DNA of 64,000 nucleotides, taken from the NCBI GenBank assembly GCA_963806535.1, contig CAWDYC010000011.1, forward strand, positions 128,001-192,000. Reading direction: 5' to 3'. The translations under genes and the position numbers were made by a program. This stretch comes from Candidatus Bathyarchaeota archaeon. GTDB taxonomy: Archaea; Thermoproteota; Bathyarchaeia; Bathyarchaeales; Bathycorpusculaceae. Each line of letters opens with the position of its first letter. The first letter of the stretch is position 1. Below the pieces are notes generated by a model. It saw nothing but the letters and a program-made list of their open reading frames with translations. It did not search any database and was not told the origin of the DNA. This document shows positions 1-10,688 of this stretch, in pieces.

Positions 1-964
1 AGTGACAAATTCTTTTTATGTCATCGCGGATTGAGCAGATGCCGCAGACTAAGATCAGAACTTTTTGGTGGACCAGTAAAGGATTTTGTGGCTATTTCCA
101 TTTCAGCTTTGTCCATTGTTTGTCTGTACTTCATAATTTCAACTGCGGCAGCGACATCTTTTGAGAAGAAGGCTTCAATTCCTTTAATGTAAAGCTCCAA
201 AACCTCTCTTCCAGTAGAAATCATAATCGACAAAACTTCATCCGGAATCTTCTGTTTTGCACCATTAAGCATAATAATGTGACGCGCAATGTCGGCAGCA
301 TAATCTCCTGCATACTCCATACGGTAAACAAGAATTTGATGATCCATACAATCTAACGGATCAACATGTAACTCGTTGGCTAAGATTGGATCTTGGGCGG
401 CGTTACGGAGAATTCTGAGGATAAAGAAGCCAAAGTGGTCAACATCGTCGTCCAAGGACATTACTGATTTTGCTAGTTCGATATCGTTGCTTTTTAGTGA
501 GTTGATGGCTCCTTCAATCATTGAACGACGAGATAAGGTGCATACGTTGTATCGCTTGCTCCAAAGAAGCCTTCGACTCATCCATGAGGCTTTGAATGTA
601 AACGCATTTTGAGTCAGCTTCCATAACTCTCATGTAGAGCCTGCCCGCCATGCGGCGAATCGCTTTCGTTTGCGGTACTGTAAAAATTTTTTCGGACGTT
701 AGCATGATGCCTGAATAGCCATTTAGGAAGGCCCCAAGGATTTTCTGTGATTATGAGTAGTTCTTCTTCGTTTTGTCCAACGCTAAGTGTTATTTCTTTT
801 GGTTCCGATTTTTTGAGGGCGCCGGGGTAAACGACTAAGGAGCGGTCTCGTTGGATGTTGAATGAAACTGTGTCGCCTTTTTTTAGGTCATTTAGTTGCA
901 TCCATTCTTTCGGAAGAGATATAACTAGTGATGATTTGCCTAACGACATGATTTTTCGTTCCAT
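1..964 (-). CDS. phoU: Phosphate uptake regulator, AbrB-PhoU fusion (frameshifted, runs off left edge)
   Basis: N-terminal RKIMSLGKSSLVISLPKEW AbrB motif and PhoU helices (LDDDVDHF, RMEYAGDYA). ORFs 614-985, 514-705 and 21-581 are consecutive pieces in different frames. Confidence 0.85.
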
Positions 965-1091
965 AAGCGTTTCTCCAATTAACATTGCAAAGTATTAACA
1001 GTACATACGTTACCTATTCAATATATATTATACCGCTAAAATCATGAGAAGGAAAACGCCAAATCAGGGGTAAATATTAAAAGAATAGCGA

Positions 1092-2126
1092 TTATGCCTC
1101 AATGATCTTAGCATCTTTGAGTACGTTAACGTTTCCACTGCCCTTTGCCACATAACCAACTTCAAAATGCCTAACTTTACGCTTATCCAACTCACTCAAC
1201 AAATCATCCGCATCCTGTTTAGATACAGCAATAAGCATGCCACCTGCAGTTTCCTTCGCTTCACCCTGCAACAAGGGGTAACCGAAAATTTCCGTCAACA
1301 CGGGTGTCCCTCGAATCACCGGCAGCTGGTCTATAACGATGTCAACTTTGCTCAGCATAGCCATGTTGGCGGCATGACCTTTCAATCCAAAGCCTGTGAC
1401 GTCTGTGGCTGCATGCACGGAGACTTTCTGCATAGCTTCAGCGACAGGTTTGTTGGAAGTTATCATTCCTTTGATGGCTTCATCAACTGCAGTGTCAATT
1501 AAATCCTCAGGTACGTCATTGAGAAGTTCCTTGCCCTCTTCTTCCTTTCGCAAACGGTAAGCAGCCATTGCGGGCGCAATCCCAAGTGGCTTAGTCAAAA
1601 ACAAACGGTCACCCACCTTCGCGCCACGGGTGTAAACTATTTTTTCGGGATCGCTGATGCCTGTTGCTGCTCCTCCAATAATTGGCCAAGGATTCCGAAT
1701 TGTGTGTCCACCAACCACAGGGGCACCCATCTCACGGCAAAAATCACCAAATCCTTTCAGCATCCCCACAGCCAATTCGTCAGGCATATTCTCGGGAAAA
1801 GCCATAATCGACAACACGCTGACAATGTTTGTAACTGCTAAAGCATAGATATCGCTGGTAACGTTGCTTCCTGCAATTCTGCCTTGAATTTCTGGTTCAT
1901 CAACCATGGGAGTGAAAAAATCAAGCGTATTTAGGACAGCAAGGTGGTCTGCGATTTTGACAACGCTGGAATTTTCCCATGGACCAGCCAACACTTCCTC
2001 ACTGAACCCCTCTGACAAACCAGCCTTATCTAACAAACCGCCCAGCTGATACTGCGGAAGCTTGCAGCTACAGCCGTGAACGGGAACGACCTTAGTTAAT
2101 CGGTAATCCAATTTCGTTGCCTTCAA
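1092..2126 (-). CDS. selD: Selenide, water dikinase (SelD family, Cys form)
   Basis: HGCSCKL N-terminal motif, LDFFTP, GGHT, LTKPLG, TDVTGFGLKGH, ETAGGML. Both Cys codons are TGT/TGC, not TGA. Confidence 0.9.
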   Translation of the reverse strand: MKATKLDYRLTKVVPVHGCSCKLPQYQLGGLLDKAGLSEGFSEEVLAGPWENSSVVKIADHLAVLNTLDFFTPMVDEPEIQGRIAGSNVTSDIYALAVTNIVSVLSIMAFPENMPDELAVGMLKGFGDFCREMGAPVVGGHTIRNPWPIIGGAATGISDPEKIVYTRGAKVGDRLFLTKPLGIAPAMAAYRLRKEEEGKELLNDVPEDLIDTAVDEAIKGMITSNKPVAEAMQKVSVHAATDVTGFGLKGHAANMAMLSKVDIVIDQLPVIRGTPVLTEIFGYPLLQGEAKETAGGMLIAVSKQDADDLLSELDKRKVRHFEVGYVAKGSGNVNVLKDAKIIEA

Positions 2127-2195
2127 ATTTATTCATTATTACTCTAGGAACTCTAAAGATAAAAATATTCAATCCCAAAAAAATGGAGACGTGGT

Positions 2196-3488
2196 TTACG
2201 TCTGCTTTTTCCCTTGGATGATTTCGAGGAAGGCTTCGATTCTTGTTTTTATCTGCTCGGAATCGCCCATAGCATAATCCGTTTCAATCTTAAGCATAGG
2301 TAAATCTTGAGCTTTCAAAGCTCGCTCAACTTTTACTCCTTCAACATTGTAGTCATGACAGTTCTGAAGTGTGTAATATATTACACCTTCTGCTTTGAAT
2401 TGCTTAGCAAGCTTAGTTACGCTTTCTAGTCTTTTATCGTTAGGTGTGAAGCAAGCGCAGGGAATCTGGCTGTATTTCTCTACTATAGCCCAAAGCAAAT
2501 CCTCTAAGCTTTCACCTTTCGGCTCAACCAAATCTGTAAAGTACCGTGTGCCTATGCAACTTTCTTCAACAACCACTGAAGCACCAGCGGTTTGAGCTAT
2601 GCTGTGGACTTTCCAATTGGGAATTGCCATAGGGCAGCCTGAAATCATTAGTCTTGGAGCATCTTTGTTTGTAACGCCTTCACCTTTCCGCACACGCTCG
2701 TCGAGTTCATCACAGAGCTCATTCACTTTTGCTGTGAACCGTTTTACGTCATCGTTGAAGCTGATTTGGAAAATAAGCAATGCATCTAAGCCGCTTATTG
2801 GTGATGGATTATTTTCCCGTAAATCAGACAAACGCTTCAGCGCTCTGCGTTTGCTGTTTATTAATTCAATGGATTCTTTTAGTTTTTCAGCAGTTATCTT
2901 GTTCCCTGTAAGCTCTTCTAATTTAGCTTGAAAATCCTCCAGCTCTTTAAACCAGAAAGCTTTGCCCTTTGCAGTGTATGGCTTGTGGGGAATTTCTAAG
3001 ACGTAAGTTGGGATAAGCTCGTTGAGGAGTTCATAAACTTTCTTTTTGCCGTCGCATGTTGTTTCTCCAACCACCAAATCACTAGACTGGAAATATGGGC
3101 ATGTCCGGTTTAGTTTGAAGCCGTAGAATGATTTAACCAAGGGACATAGGTTTCGGGGTAAAACTGCTTCTGCGTCTGGAACGGAAAAGTCTGCGCCGCC
3201 GCATAAACCCACCATTGTAGCATTTGCAGCGTAAGCAAGTTCCTCTGGTGCGTAAATGCAGAAAGCTCCAACGACCTTGTTTCCTGCTGCTCTTTGATCG
3301 TTGAGTTCTTTGATTCTTAAGCCGTGGATTTCTGAGACGACGAAGTCAAAGTAACCCATGCCTTTTGGCCTATTTTTTTGGGATAAAAATACAGCGGTGT
3401 AGTATTGACCTAGAATGTTTAAGAGTTGGTTATGTTTTTCGAGGTCCATTCCGAGGTTTTTCCACATTGGGACATATTTTTCTGCCAT
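2196..3488 (-). CDS. Double-cubane-cluster anaerobic reductase (2-hydroxyacyl-CoA dehydratase D family)
   Basis: Motifs GAFCIYAPEEL, GLCGG, PRNLCPLVKS, CPYF, ETTCDGKKK, SGCP, EESCIG, IPCACFTPN, QNCH, KIETDY...TRIEAF, plus N-terminal W--LGMDLEKH and YFDFVVSEIHG. Confidence 0.85.
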   Translation of the reverse strand: MAEKYVPMWKNLGMDLEKHNQLLNILGQYYTAVFLSQKNRPKGMGYFDFVVSEIHGLRIKELNDQRAAGNKVVGAFCIYAPEELAYAANATMVGLCGGADFSVPDAEAVLPRNLCPLVKSFYGFKLNRTCPYFQSSDLVVGETTCDGKKKVYELLNELIPTYVLEIPHKPYTAKGKAFWFKELEDFQAKLEELTGNKITAEKLKESIELINSKRRALKRLSDLRENNPSPISGLDALLIFQISFNDDVKRFTAKVNELCDELDERVRKGEGVTNKDAPRLMISGCPMAIPNWKVHSIAQTAGASVVVEESCIGTRYFTDLVEPKGESLEDLLWAIVEKYSQIPCACFTPNDKRLESVTKLAKQFKAEGVIYYTLQNCHDYNVEGVKVERALKAQDLPMLKIETDYAMGDSEQIKTRIEAFLEIIQGKKQT

Positions 3489-3570
3489 TACATCACATGC
3501 CGATAAGAAGCGTATTACACATCATATTTATTAGAATTTCTGATAAGTATTATTAGAAAAGTTGATTTGA

Positions 3571-3795
3571 TCAACGCTTTTTAATTAAAACCCTAAATTC
3601 TGCACCAGACTTGGAGGCTTCAACAACCTCGTGACCATTATTCTTAACCCAACGCTGAACATTATCAAACTCCAACTCTCCCTCACCAACAACCTCTAGT
3701 AGATGACCAGAAGCCATGCTTTCCAGCTTACGCTTCGTAAAGGCAACAGGCATAGGACACATTTTTCCTTTAACATCTAACTTTTCAAATGCCAA
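3571..3795 (-). CDS. TusA/SirA/YedF family sulfur (selenium) carrier
   Basis: LDVKGKMCPMP (CPxP) motif, 74 aa. Confidence 0.9.
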   Translation of the reverse strand: MAFEKLDVKGKMCPMPVAFTKRKLESMASGHLLEVVGEGELEFDNVQRWVKNNGHEVVEASKSGAEFRVLIKKR

Positions 3796-3804
3796 AATAT
3801 CCGC

Positions 3805-4156
3805 CTAAAACACAATCACTTTCTCGCTGTTAATTGTCCACTCAACAAGTTCATGTACCGTTGCAATTTTTACTCCATCAAGTAAGTCTGCTTGAGCTAA
3901 GCCGCGAGCATCCGCGCAAACGATGCAGGCTTTGACTTCAGCGCCTCCTTTCATTAGGTCTTCCAGCATTTGGCCGTAATTGGTTAAACCTTGAGAGGGG
4001 TTCTGTCCTTTCTTTGCTAAGTAGACGCCGTTTTCAAACAGCCAAATTCTTACTTTGTGCCCTTCTATATCGCAGGTCCATGCAAATCGTAAGTGCTGAT
4101 AGTGCACGTTCTTTTGCGTACGGTGCTTCATAAATTATTATTGTGAAAGTTACCAA
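3805..4156 (-). CDS. DsrE/TusD family protein (one frameshift near 4090)
   Basis: TTG start at 4156 after a GAGG RBS gives MVTFTIIIYEAPYAKERALSAL, which joins RFAWT...ENGVYLAKKGQ...ACIVCADARG. Confidence 0.85.
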
Positions 4157-4286
4157 GTCTTCAACCTCAATTTTACTGAATATCCCTTATTAAAAAAACT
4201 AATATAATTCTTTCTATCAAAACAAATAACATATAAACATTATACAGAAACTAAATACAAAACAAAAAGGGGTTCTAACAAAGCAC

Positions 4287-5220
4287 ATGGAAACCATAAG
4301 ATTCGATTACCTCAAAACATTCCTCACAGTCGCAAGAACTCGCAGCTTTTCAATTGCGGCAAAAGAGCTTGCAACAAGTCAAGGCACAGTAAGCCACCAC
4401 ATAGCAGCACTAGAAGCATATTTCGATGCAGAACTGTTCAAACGCACAGCCAACGGCGTAGAGGTCACCGCAGCAGGAGCAACGCTCAAAGAAACCGCAG
4501 AAAAAGTATTGCGAGAAGCTCAAAATGCAAAAGCCCAAATTTCCTTAGCTAAACAAAACCTATCTGGAACCATAAGCATAGCTGCAAGTACCATACCAGA
4601 AGAGCACATAATTCCCAGTCTAATTTCTGAGTTCCAAAATCAGTATCCTCATGTGAAATTTAAAATTAAAGCACAAGACAGCCTCAATAGTCTAAGCAGT
4701 TTGCAAGCTAATAGTGTTGATTTTGCAGTAGTTGGCACTTTGAAGGGTTTTGAAGAAGAATTTGGGTTTATTCAAGTTGGGCAAGATGACCTTGTTCTTA
4801 TTGTACCCTGCAATCATGAATTAGCCAAGCAAAAGTCAGTTGCGCTTAATGAAATCGTCAAGTTTCAATTTATTGATAGAGAAGAAACTTCTGGAACTAA
4901 GAAAAGAACTCGAGTGCTTGCTAGAAAACAACAAGCTGAGCTTAGAAAAATTGAAGGTAGCTTTGGAGCTTGGGAGCACTGAATCAGTAATAACGGCTGT
5001 TTCAGAAGGAAGAGGCGTAAGCATAATCTCATCTATTGCGGCAAAAAAAGCCTACGCAGCAGGCTTAATTAAAATTGTTAAAATAAAGGAAGCCAAAAGC
5101 CCAAGAAAACTTTGTATTGTAAGACCTAAAAGACCACTTGTAAAAACATCCGAGGTTTTTTGGGAATTTTGTAAGGGCTATAAATTCAAAAATGAAGCTA
5201 TAACATGCAATGCCGATTAA
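4287..5220 (+). CDS. LysR family regulator, CysL/selenium-metabolism-like (frameshift near 4900)
   Basis: HTH SFSIAAKELATSQGTVSHHIAALE, REETSGT, LELGSTESVITAVSEGRGVSIIS. Two overlapping ORFs. Confidence 0.88.
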
Positions 5221-5234
5221 ACACCTTTTTTTAT

Positions 5235-5564
5235 TTATTCGTCTTCGTCGTCGACCTTCACCAATATTTTTCCTGACTTAATTTTCCACTCGTAGCTTTT
5301 TAGCTTCATCGACGGGTCATCCTCGTATTCGCCGGTTTTGAGGTTAAAGCGCCAATCATGACAAGGACAAATAATTACAGGTCCGTCAAGAGATCCCCCA
5401 GAGAATCCACAAGCCATGTGTGGACAACGATTATCAATAGCGTAAATTTGACCTAACTGTTTAATCAGTAAAACAGGCAACCCTTCAACTCTTATCAGCT
5501 TCATTGTGCCTTCCTGCAATTCTTTTTCTTCTAAAACAGAAATAAAATTGTCTGATTCAGCCAT
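5235..5564 (-). CDS. Rieske [2Fe-2S] ferredoxin
   Basis: CPH...CPCH motifs. Confidence 0.9.
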   Translation of the reverse strand: MAESDNFISVLEEKELQEGTMKLIRVEGLPVLLIKQLGQIYAIDNRCPHMACGFSGGSLDGPVIICPCHDWRFNLKTGEYEDDPSMKLKSYEWKIKSGKILVKVDDEDE

Positions 5565-5695
5565 AAATTTGTCTCCTCAAAATGTTATTCATAATTATCA
5601 AATAAATTTTGTCTTTTCTTCGTTTAGCAATGGAGCGCTGATTCTCAATTTTAATATTTAAATGCTTAATTCCTAGTGGTTCTAGTGTATTTTTC

Positions 5696-6535
5696 ATGTT
5701 TCATGTGAAGCAAATGAGCCCTTCCGATTTTCAGTTTGCGACTAGGTTAGCGAACACTATGGACTGGAATATGGCGCCTGAGGATTTCGAGTTTAATTCT
5801 TCACTTGAACCGGAAGGCTGCCTGGTTGCTTTCGAGGGCTCCAAACGCATTGGTGTAGCAACGAGCATTAGTTTCGACAAGGTAGGTTGGTTTGGCAACC
5901 TAATCGTTAAAGAAAAATACCGAAGAAAAGGCGTAGGCAGACTCCTAGTGAGACATGCAGTAAACTACTTGCAAAGCAAAGGTGTAAAAACCGTTGGGCT
6001 CTATGCCTACCCGAACCTTGTCAGTTTCTACGGCAGCTTGGGTTTCAAAAATAACATGGATTATTCTCTTCTGCATACAGAATGCCTTCAAAATGTTATT
6101 GCTGAAAACTTGCCGAAAGTGGAAAAACAGCAAATAGGTGCAATAGAAGAGTTCGATGCCGGATTTTTTGGAGGTAACAGAAAAAGATTGCTTGAATCTA
6201 TAATTCTTGAAAAAGGCAACTTAAGCTATTACTACTCTGAAAATAATCATGTTGTTGGGTATGTAGCTGCTACTGTTTACGAGTCAATGGCTTGGGTTGG
6301 ACCTTTAATATGTGAAGCAGGCAACGTTAAAGCTGCCATTGCACTGGTTAAATTGGCTCTTGCAAAATTGACTGGCAAAAATGTTTTCTTGGTGTTGCCC
6401 AAAAAGGAAACTGCGCTTTTGGACATGCTTTTCAGCGTAGGGTTTAAGGAAGATTTTTCTGTTTCGAGAATGTTTCTAGGGGAAGTTACCGTAAAAAATT
6501 GTATATATTTGGCTGAATCTTTGGAACGAGGTTAA
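5696..6535 (+). CDS. GNAT N-acetyltransferase (two-domain)
   Basis: VKEKYRRKGVG acetyl-CoA motif, FYGSLGF, second domain with VGPL. Confidence 0.85.
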   Translation: MFHVKQMSPSDFQFATRLANTMDWNMAPEDFEFNSSLEPEGCLVAFEGSKRIGVATSISFDKVGWFGNLIVKEKYRRKGVGRLLVRHAVNYLQSKGVKTVGLYAYPNLVSFYGSLGFKNNMDYSLLHTECLQNVIAENLPKVEKQQIGAIEEFDAGFFGGNRKRLLESIILEKGNLSYYYSENNHVVGYVAATVYESMAWVGPLICEAGNVKAAIALVKLALAKLTGKNVFLVLPKKETALLDMLFSVGFKEDFSVSRMFLGEVTVKNCIYLAESLERG

Positions 6536-6538
6536 GTT

Positions 6539-7903
6539 ATGAGTGAAGATTACTGTAAGTTTTTGCTTGAAGATTTTTTGAAGACTTCATTTTCAACAGT
6601 AAAGGTGCTAGTTGAAGGCGCCGCGTCTTCAAAGGGCCAAAACAGCAACCGTAAAGTTACGTTATTCCGTTATGTCAACAGCAAAAAGGTCTCTTTTTCA
6701 TTCTCTGATGAACGTTTCTATTTGCGGGGCTCAGTTGAGTATACGAATCCGCAGTTGACAGTTGAGGAAGTTCAAGGTATTGTCGGGACCCGCCTGCTTG
6801 AAACTTGTGGCAACTATTTTTATGAGCATGGTTTACATCAACCTGATAATGGCGACGTTTCTGCGCTCTTAGAGTTGCTTAAGAAACCTACACAAGGTTA
6901 TATCGTGCCTTTCTTGCTTAATACTGATGATGTGGAAGCTGACCGTTATTCGATGAATCCGCTCAAAGAGTCAATCGTGGATAGTGGTCAAAGTGCTTTT
7001 CCAGCAGCGAACGTTAAAACGGATGAGTTGAAAATCGATGAAGCATATCTCAAAAAATACGATGGCTCATTAATCTCTCAAAAAGAAGCAGTACTTATCG
7101 AAGAAATGCTTCATGCTAGCAATGGCTCTTATCTTGATTTGGTGGATTCAATAAAATATTCGCAGCTAAAGGAGCTGTCGGCGTTTTTTGGGATGGATCT
7201 CTCGCTTTACACATTGCGTATGCCACTTTCTACCTTGCAGTCTGAGAACAAAGACGGCTTGCTCCATTACATAATCCGAGAAAGCAACCAAGATTATGCA
7301 TCAATTGAGGAATCATACACTTGTATGGGTCGCAGTATGAAAAACCGAACAACGCTTTTGACAGTGCCGCATTCCACGAAAGGTTTCGGTTCCAAACGCG
7401 CAGCCAGAGGCAAATTGCACTTTGAAAACAACAAATTAATTGATGCAACAGTCAAATACAAAACTACTCCACTATATCCTAACGCCATGGACCCAGAAGA
7501 CATAGCGGTCGCCATTTGTGAGGACAGTTTCAGCGTTCCAGGCGAAAAACTTGCTGATTACAGTTTTGCCGAAACCCCTTCTTCACCACAGTTTTTCCTC
7601 TATTCAATTGGTTCTCCTGAAGACGCAACTGTTTGGCACGGCGTGGGCGCCTTCGCGGCACCACAACTATTACAGAGTTATCGTTCTGGCCGAATAGCCT
7701 GCAGAGAAGGAAAACTCGTTAAGAATTTAAGCCAAAAGTTCAATATCAAAGTGGATGTTCCCTTGCAATTTAACCTTGCACCCGAAGGCATATGGAGTCA
7801 CCCAATCCACCGCAATATCGACGCGAGCATAGGCAGCGTAGATGATCTTCCAGATTTGGCTCATCGAGGAATGAAACTTGAATACCTCGCATCTTTCAAA
7901 TAG
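6539..7903 (+). CDS. Hypothetical protein, 454 aa
   Basis: Long ORF tightly coupled to the GNAT gene; no family recognised. Confidence 0.7.
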   Translation: MSEDYCKFLLEDFLKTSFSTVKVLVEGAASSKGQNSNRKVTLFRYVNSKKVSFSFSDERFYLRGSVEYTNPQLTVEEVQGIVGTRLLETCGNYFYEHGLHQPDNGDVSALLELLKKPTQGYIVPFLLNTDDVEADRYSMNPLKESIVDSGQSAFPAANVKTDELKIDEAYLKKYDGSLISQKEAVLIEEMLHASNGSYLDLVDSIKYSQLKELSAFFGMDLSLYTLRMPLSTLQSENKDGLLHYIIRESNQDYASIEESYTCMGRSMKNRTTLLTVPHSTKGFGSKRAARGKLHFENNKLIDATVKYKTTPLYPNAMDPEDIAVAICEDSFSVPGEKLADYSFAETPSSPQFFLYSIGSPEDATVWHGVGAFAAPQLLQSYRSGRIACREGKLVKNLSQKFNIKVDVPLQFNLAPEGIWSHPIHRNIDASIGSVDDLPDLAHRGMKLEYLASFK

Positions 7904-7919
7904 GAGCAACTGTTAAGAT

Positions 7920-8447
7920 TTGACTGCGATAGAATATATAGGATTTAGGATACTGCGATTGCTAAGAAAATTACCATTTAACATACTAGGCGTTGGAAAC
8001 CGTAAATTAATTTTCGCTGAGTTCTTCAAGGATTTCGAAAATGTTGAGGCGGTAAAAGGCATTTTCGGCGAAAAAACAAATGAAGTCTTAAATCATCTTA
8101 CAGTAGAACTTAGCTGGATTTTCGGCTACATGTACGTGGATGGCTCCGATGGGCACCTTGTTATAAGCAAAAACTACCTCAACAACGGCGACAAAACAGA
8201 CATTTACCTTGACTTAATCCATGAACTTTGCCATGTTAAGCAATACATGGAAGGAAAAGAGCTCTTTGATGCAAGATATGACTATGTGGAACGACCCACC
8301 GAGATTGAAGCTTACCGTTATTGTGTTCAAGAAGCAAAACGCCTGGGTCTGAGTGATGAAAGAATCAGATGCTATCTCAGGACTGAATGGATGAGCGATA
8401 ACGACTTCAAAAAACTGGTTAAATCAGTTAACATTTCAATTTCCTAA
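7920..8447 (+). CDS. Hypothetical protein with HExxH zinc-binding motif
   Basis: LIHELCHVKQ followed by PTEIEAY, zincin-like. Confidence 0.65.
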   Translation: MTAIEYIGFRILRLLRKLPFNILGVGNRKLIFAEFFKDFENVEAVKGIFGEKTNEVLNHLTVELSWIFGYMYVDGSDGHLVISKNYLNNGDKTDIYLDLIHELCHVKQYMEGKELFDARYDYVERPTEIEAYRYCVQEAKRLGLSDERIRCYLRTEWMSDNDFKKLVKSVNISIS

Positions 8448-9626
8448 TGCTTCATAATAGACTTTGAGCATTTTTTGAGCGCAAACATCCCACGTAAAGT
8501 TTTCCAAAACGAATCTGCGTCCATTGGCGCCCATTTTTTCCTGCAAACTCTTGTTCGAAATAACCTTCAACACTGCATCTGCAAACTCGGTAGTGTTGCC
8601 CAGCTTAACAAGTAAACCTGTTTCCCCATTTCGGACAGCTTCGTTTACTCCACCAATGTTAAAAGCCACAATCGGCTTAGCACAGGCTTGTGCTTCTAAC
8701 AGTACAATTCCTTGCCCCTCCTGAATTGATGGCAACGCGAAAACATCTGCGCAATTGTACACATTTGAGAGCTGGTCATCTTTTAGGTTGCCTAAAAACT
8801 TGAAATTACCTGATAGATTCGTCTTCTTAAGAGAATTATCCAATTGGTTTCTTAACGGTCCTTCTCCTACAATCAGAAATTTTGTATCGCTTTTTTCTTT
8901 AACTACTTGCCTGGCCGCTTCAACCAGAAAAGGCAGCCCTTTCCGAGGAATCAAACTACCAACAAAAAGCACACATGGCTCATCGCTTAATCCAAACCGT
9001 CGTTTAGCTGCTTCCCTATCCTCAAAGGGCCGGAATTTTGCAATGTCAACGCCATTTGGAACAATTCGCACCTTGGCCGCATCAACTTTGTAAAATTGCT
9101 TGATTTTCTCACACGAATAATTGCTGATCGTCACAATCAAAGTTGCATTTTGAGCTGTTTCAGACTCCAGCTTGCCAAGCCTACTCATGAAATAATTAGC
9201 AATCTTGCCTCTGAAAGACTGATAACCATTCTTCTTTGCCTGTTCATACTCGTCTGAGAGGACGCCATGAATCGTATGAATGAACGGCTTTTTGATGCCC
9301 TCTTTGTCTAACTTTTTGAGGAGTCCGTAACCGCTCACTGCATGAGCTTCAAAAACATCAGCATCAATGTTTGTGGCTTTTTTGGCGATGCTTCTGTTAA
9401 AGAACCAGTTGTCTAAAGGAAAAATTCTATCCGTTGAATAGAATGGAATAAAATTTACGCCGTTGAGGGTGGAAGGTTCGGTGAAGCCCGCTTTTGTGCC
9501 ACTGTAGACTGTAATGTCTGCTTGGTCTTGAAGTCGTTTGGTAGTTTCGATTATTCGCCTTTCTACCCCTCCAACATAGAGGTGAGGGGGTTGAGTATTG
9601 AAGACGGCTAACCGAAACTTTCCCAT
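8436..9626 (-). CDS. Glycosyltransferase family 4
   Basis: GGVE, HTIHG, VPNGVD, RKG, EGQGIVLLEA motifs. Confidence 0.92.
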   Translation of the reverse strand: MGKFRLAVFNTQPPHLYVGGVERRIIETTKRLQDQADITVYSGTKAGFTEPSTLNGVNFIPFYSTDRIFPLDNWFFNRSIAKKATNIDADVFEAHAVSGYGLLKKLDKEGIKKPFIHTIHGVLSDEYEQAKKNGYQSFRGKIANYFMSRLGKLESETAQNATLIVTISNYSCEKIKQFYKVDAAKVRIVPNGVDIAKFRPFEDREAAKRRFGLSDEPCVLFVGSLIPRKGLPFLVEAARQVVKEKSDTKFLIVGEGPLRNQLDNSLKKTNLSGNFKFLGNLKDDQLSNVYNCADVFALPSIQEGQGIVLLEAQACAKPIVAFNIGGVNEAVRNGETGLLVKLGNTTEFADAVLKVISNKSLQEKMGANGRRFVLENFTWDVCAQKMLKVYYEALGN

Positions 9627-9793
9627 TCTGTTCACTTCTCTTTGACGAAATTCTTGTTTGACTAGTTAATGTTAGCTTATTTTTTACATATAAGTAGATT
9701 GTTTGAGATGTTAGGATTAAATGCAAATTTTAATAATCAAAAGTTCCTTATCTTGGTCATGTGGTTAAACCTTAACCCTGGCGGTATAAGGAC

Positions 9794-10564
9794 ATGAAAT
9801 TAGGCTACGTGATTACAATAATTTTTGCTGTTGTTCTATCTTCGCTCATTCTTTCCGTCGCTTTTTATTCTTATTATCTTTCCAATATTGTTGAGACTCA
9901 ACCGAAAGCAGACATAAGTGTTAAACTTGTTTATGCCTACATTGGTCATCCAACAGTTAACAACAAAATAGAAGGTCTATACTATAACAACACACAAACA
10001 AAGAGCGATATGAACTATAATTTAGCGTCATATGTTATAGTGTTGAGGGTAACTAATAATGCGGAAGCCAACCGGCACCAACAATTTGTCAGTATCACTC
10101 AAATTAGGGTCGCTGTTGCGCCACTCATTGTTGAGTATAAGCAATTTTTGAACGATTCAAATGGCCAACCTGCGCCTGGTGGACTTGGGGGACCAGCATA
10201 TGGAATAAGTAACGCTGTAATTTCTGAAGATCGGAAAGCGCTGCAAGGTGAGGTGGCGGGTTGGAGTGACTACTTAGACGCAGGAAGCTCAACACTTGTT
10301 GCTTTAACTGGTATGACGACAACCGATAAGTTTTCACAACAATATATTCAGAATGGTACTCTGTACGTTTGGTCACACATAATAGCTCAACCTGGTTATC
10401 CAGATGCTAAAAGCATAATCACACCTCAGGACCAATCAGCTAATGATCTTGAGCAAGTAAAATTCCAAAATATTGGCGGTGATTATCTTTTTAATGATTT
10501 ACTTGCTCAAAATCAAACACTGGTAATTGATGGGCTGAGGGCTCAAGTTTTGCCAAGCTCATAG
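9794..10564 (+). CDS. Membrane-anchored or secreted hypothetical protein
   Basis: N-terminal hydrophobic segment, 256 aa. Confidence 0.65.
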   Translation: MKLGYVITIIFAVVLSSLILSVAFYSYYLSNIVETQPKADISVKLVYAYIGHPTVNNKIEGLYYNNTQTKSDMNYNLASYVIVLRVTNNAEANRHQQFVSITQIRVAVAPLIVEYKQFLNDSNGQPAPGGLGGPAYGISNAVISEDRKALQGEVAGWSDYLDAGSSTLVALTGMTTTDKFSQQYIQNGTLYVWSHIIAQPGYPDAKSIITPQDQSANDLEQVKFQNIGGDYLFNDLLAQNQTLVIDGLRAQVLPSS

Positions 10565-10688
10565 TTTAGACGCCTTCAGACGAATTATGAGTTTAACTTG
10601 AGCACAGTTTCTTGGTTCAAACTTGCAGGTTCAAAACGCGGTCACTTTATACTTTTATATACTCTTTTATCCTATTTTGCGGAAGGGA

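Noticed and set aside
2041-2126. Selenocysteine in SelD or recoding in the sel operon
   Set aside because: The motif codons read GGC TGT AGC TGC AAG, with no in-frame TGA. The breaks in dsrE and LysR are frameshifts, not TGA stops.
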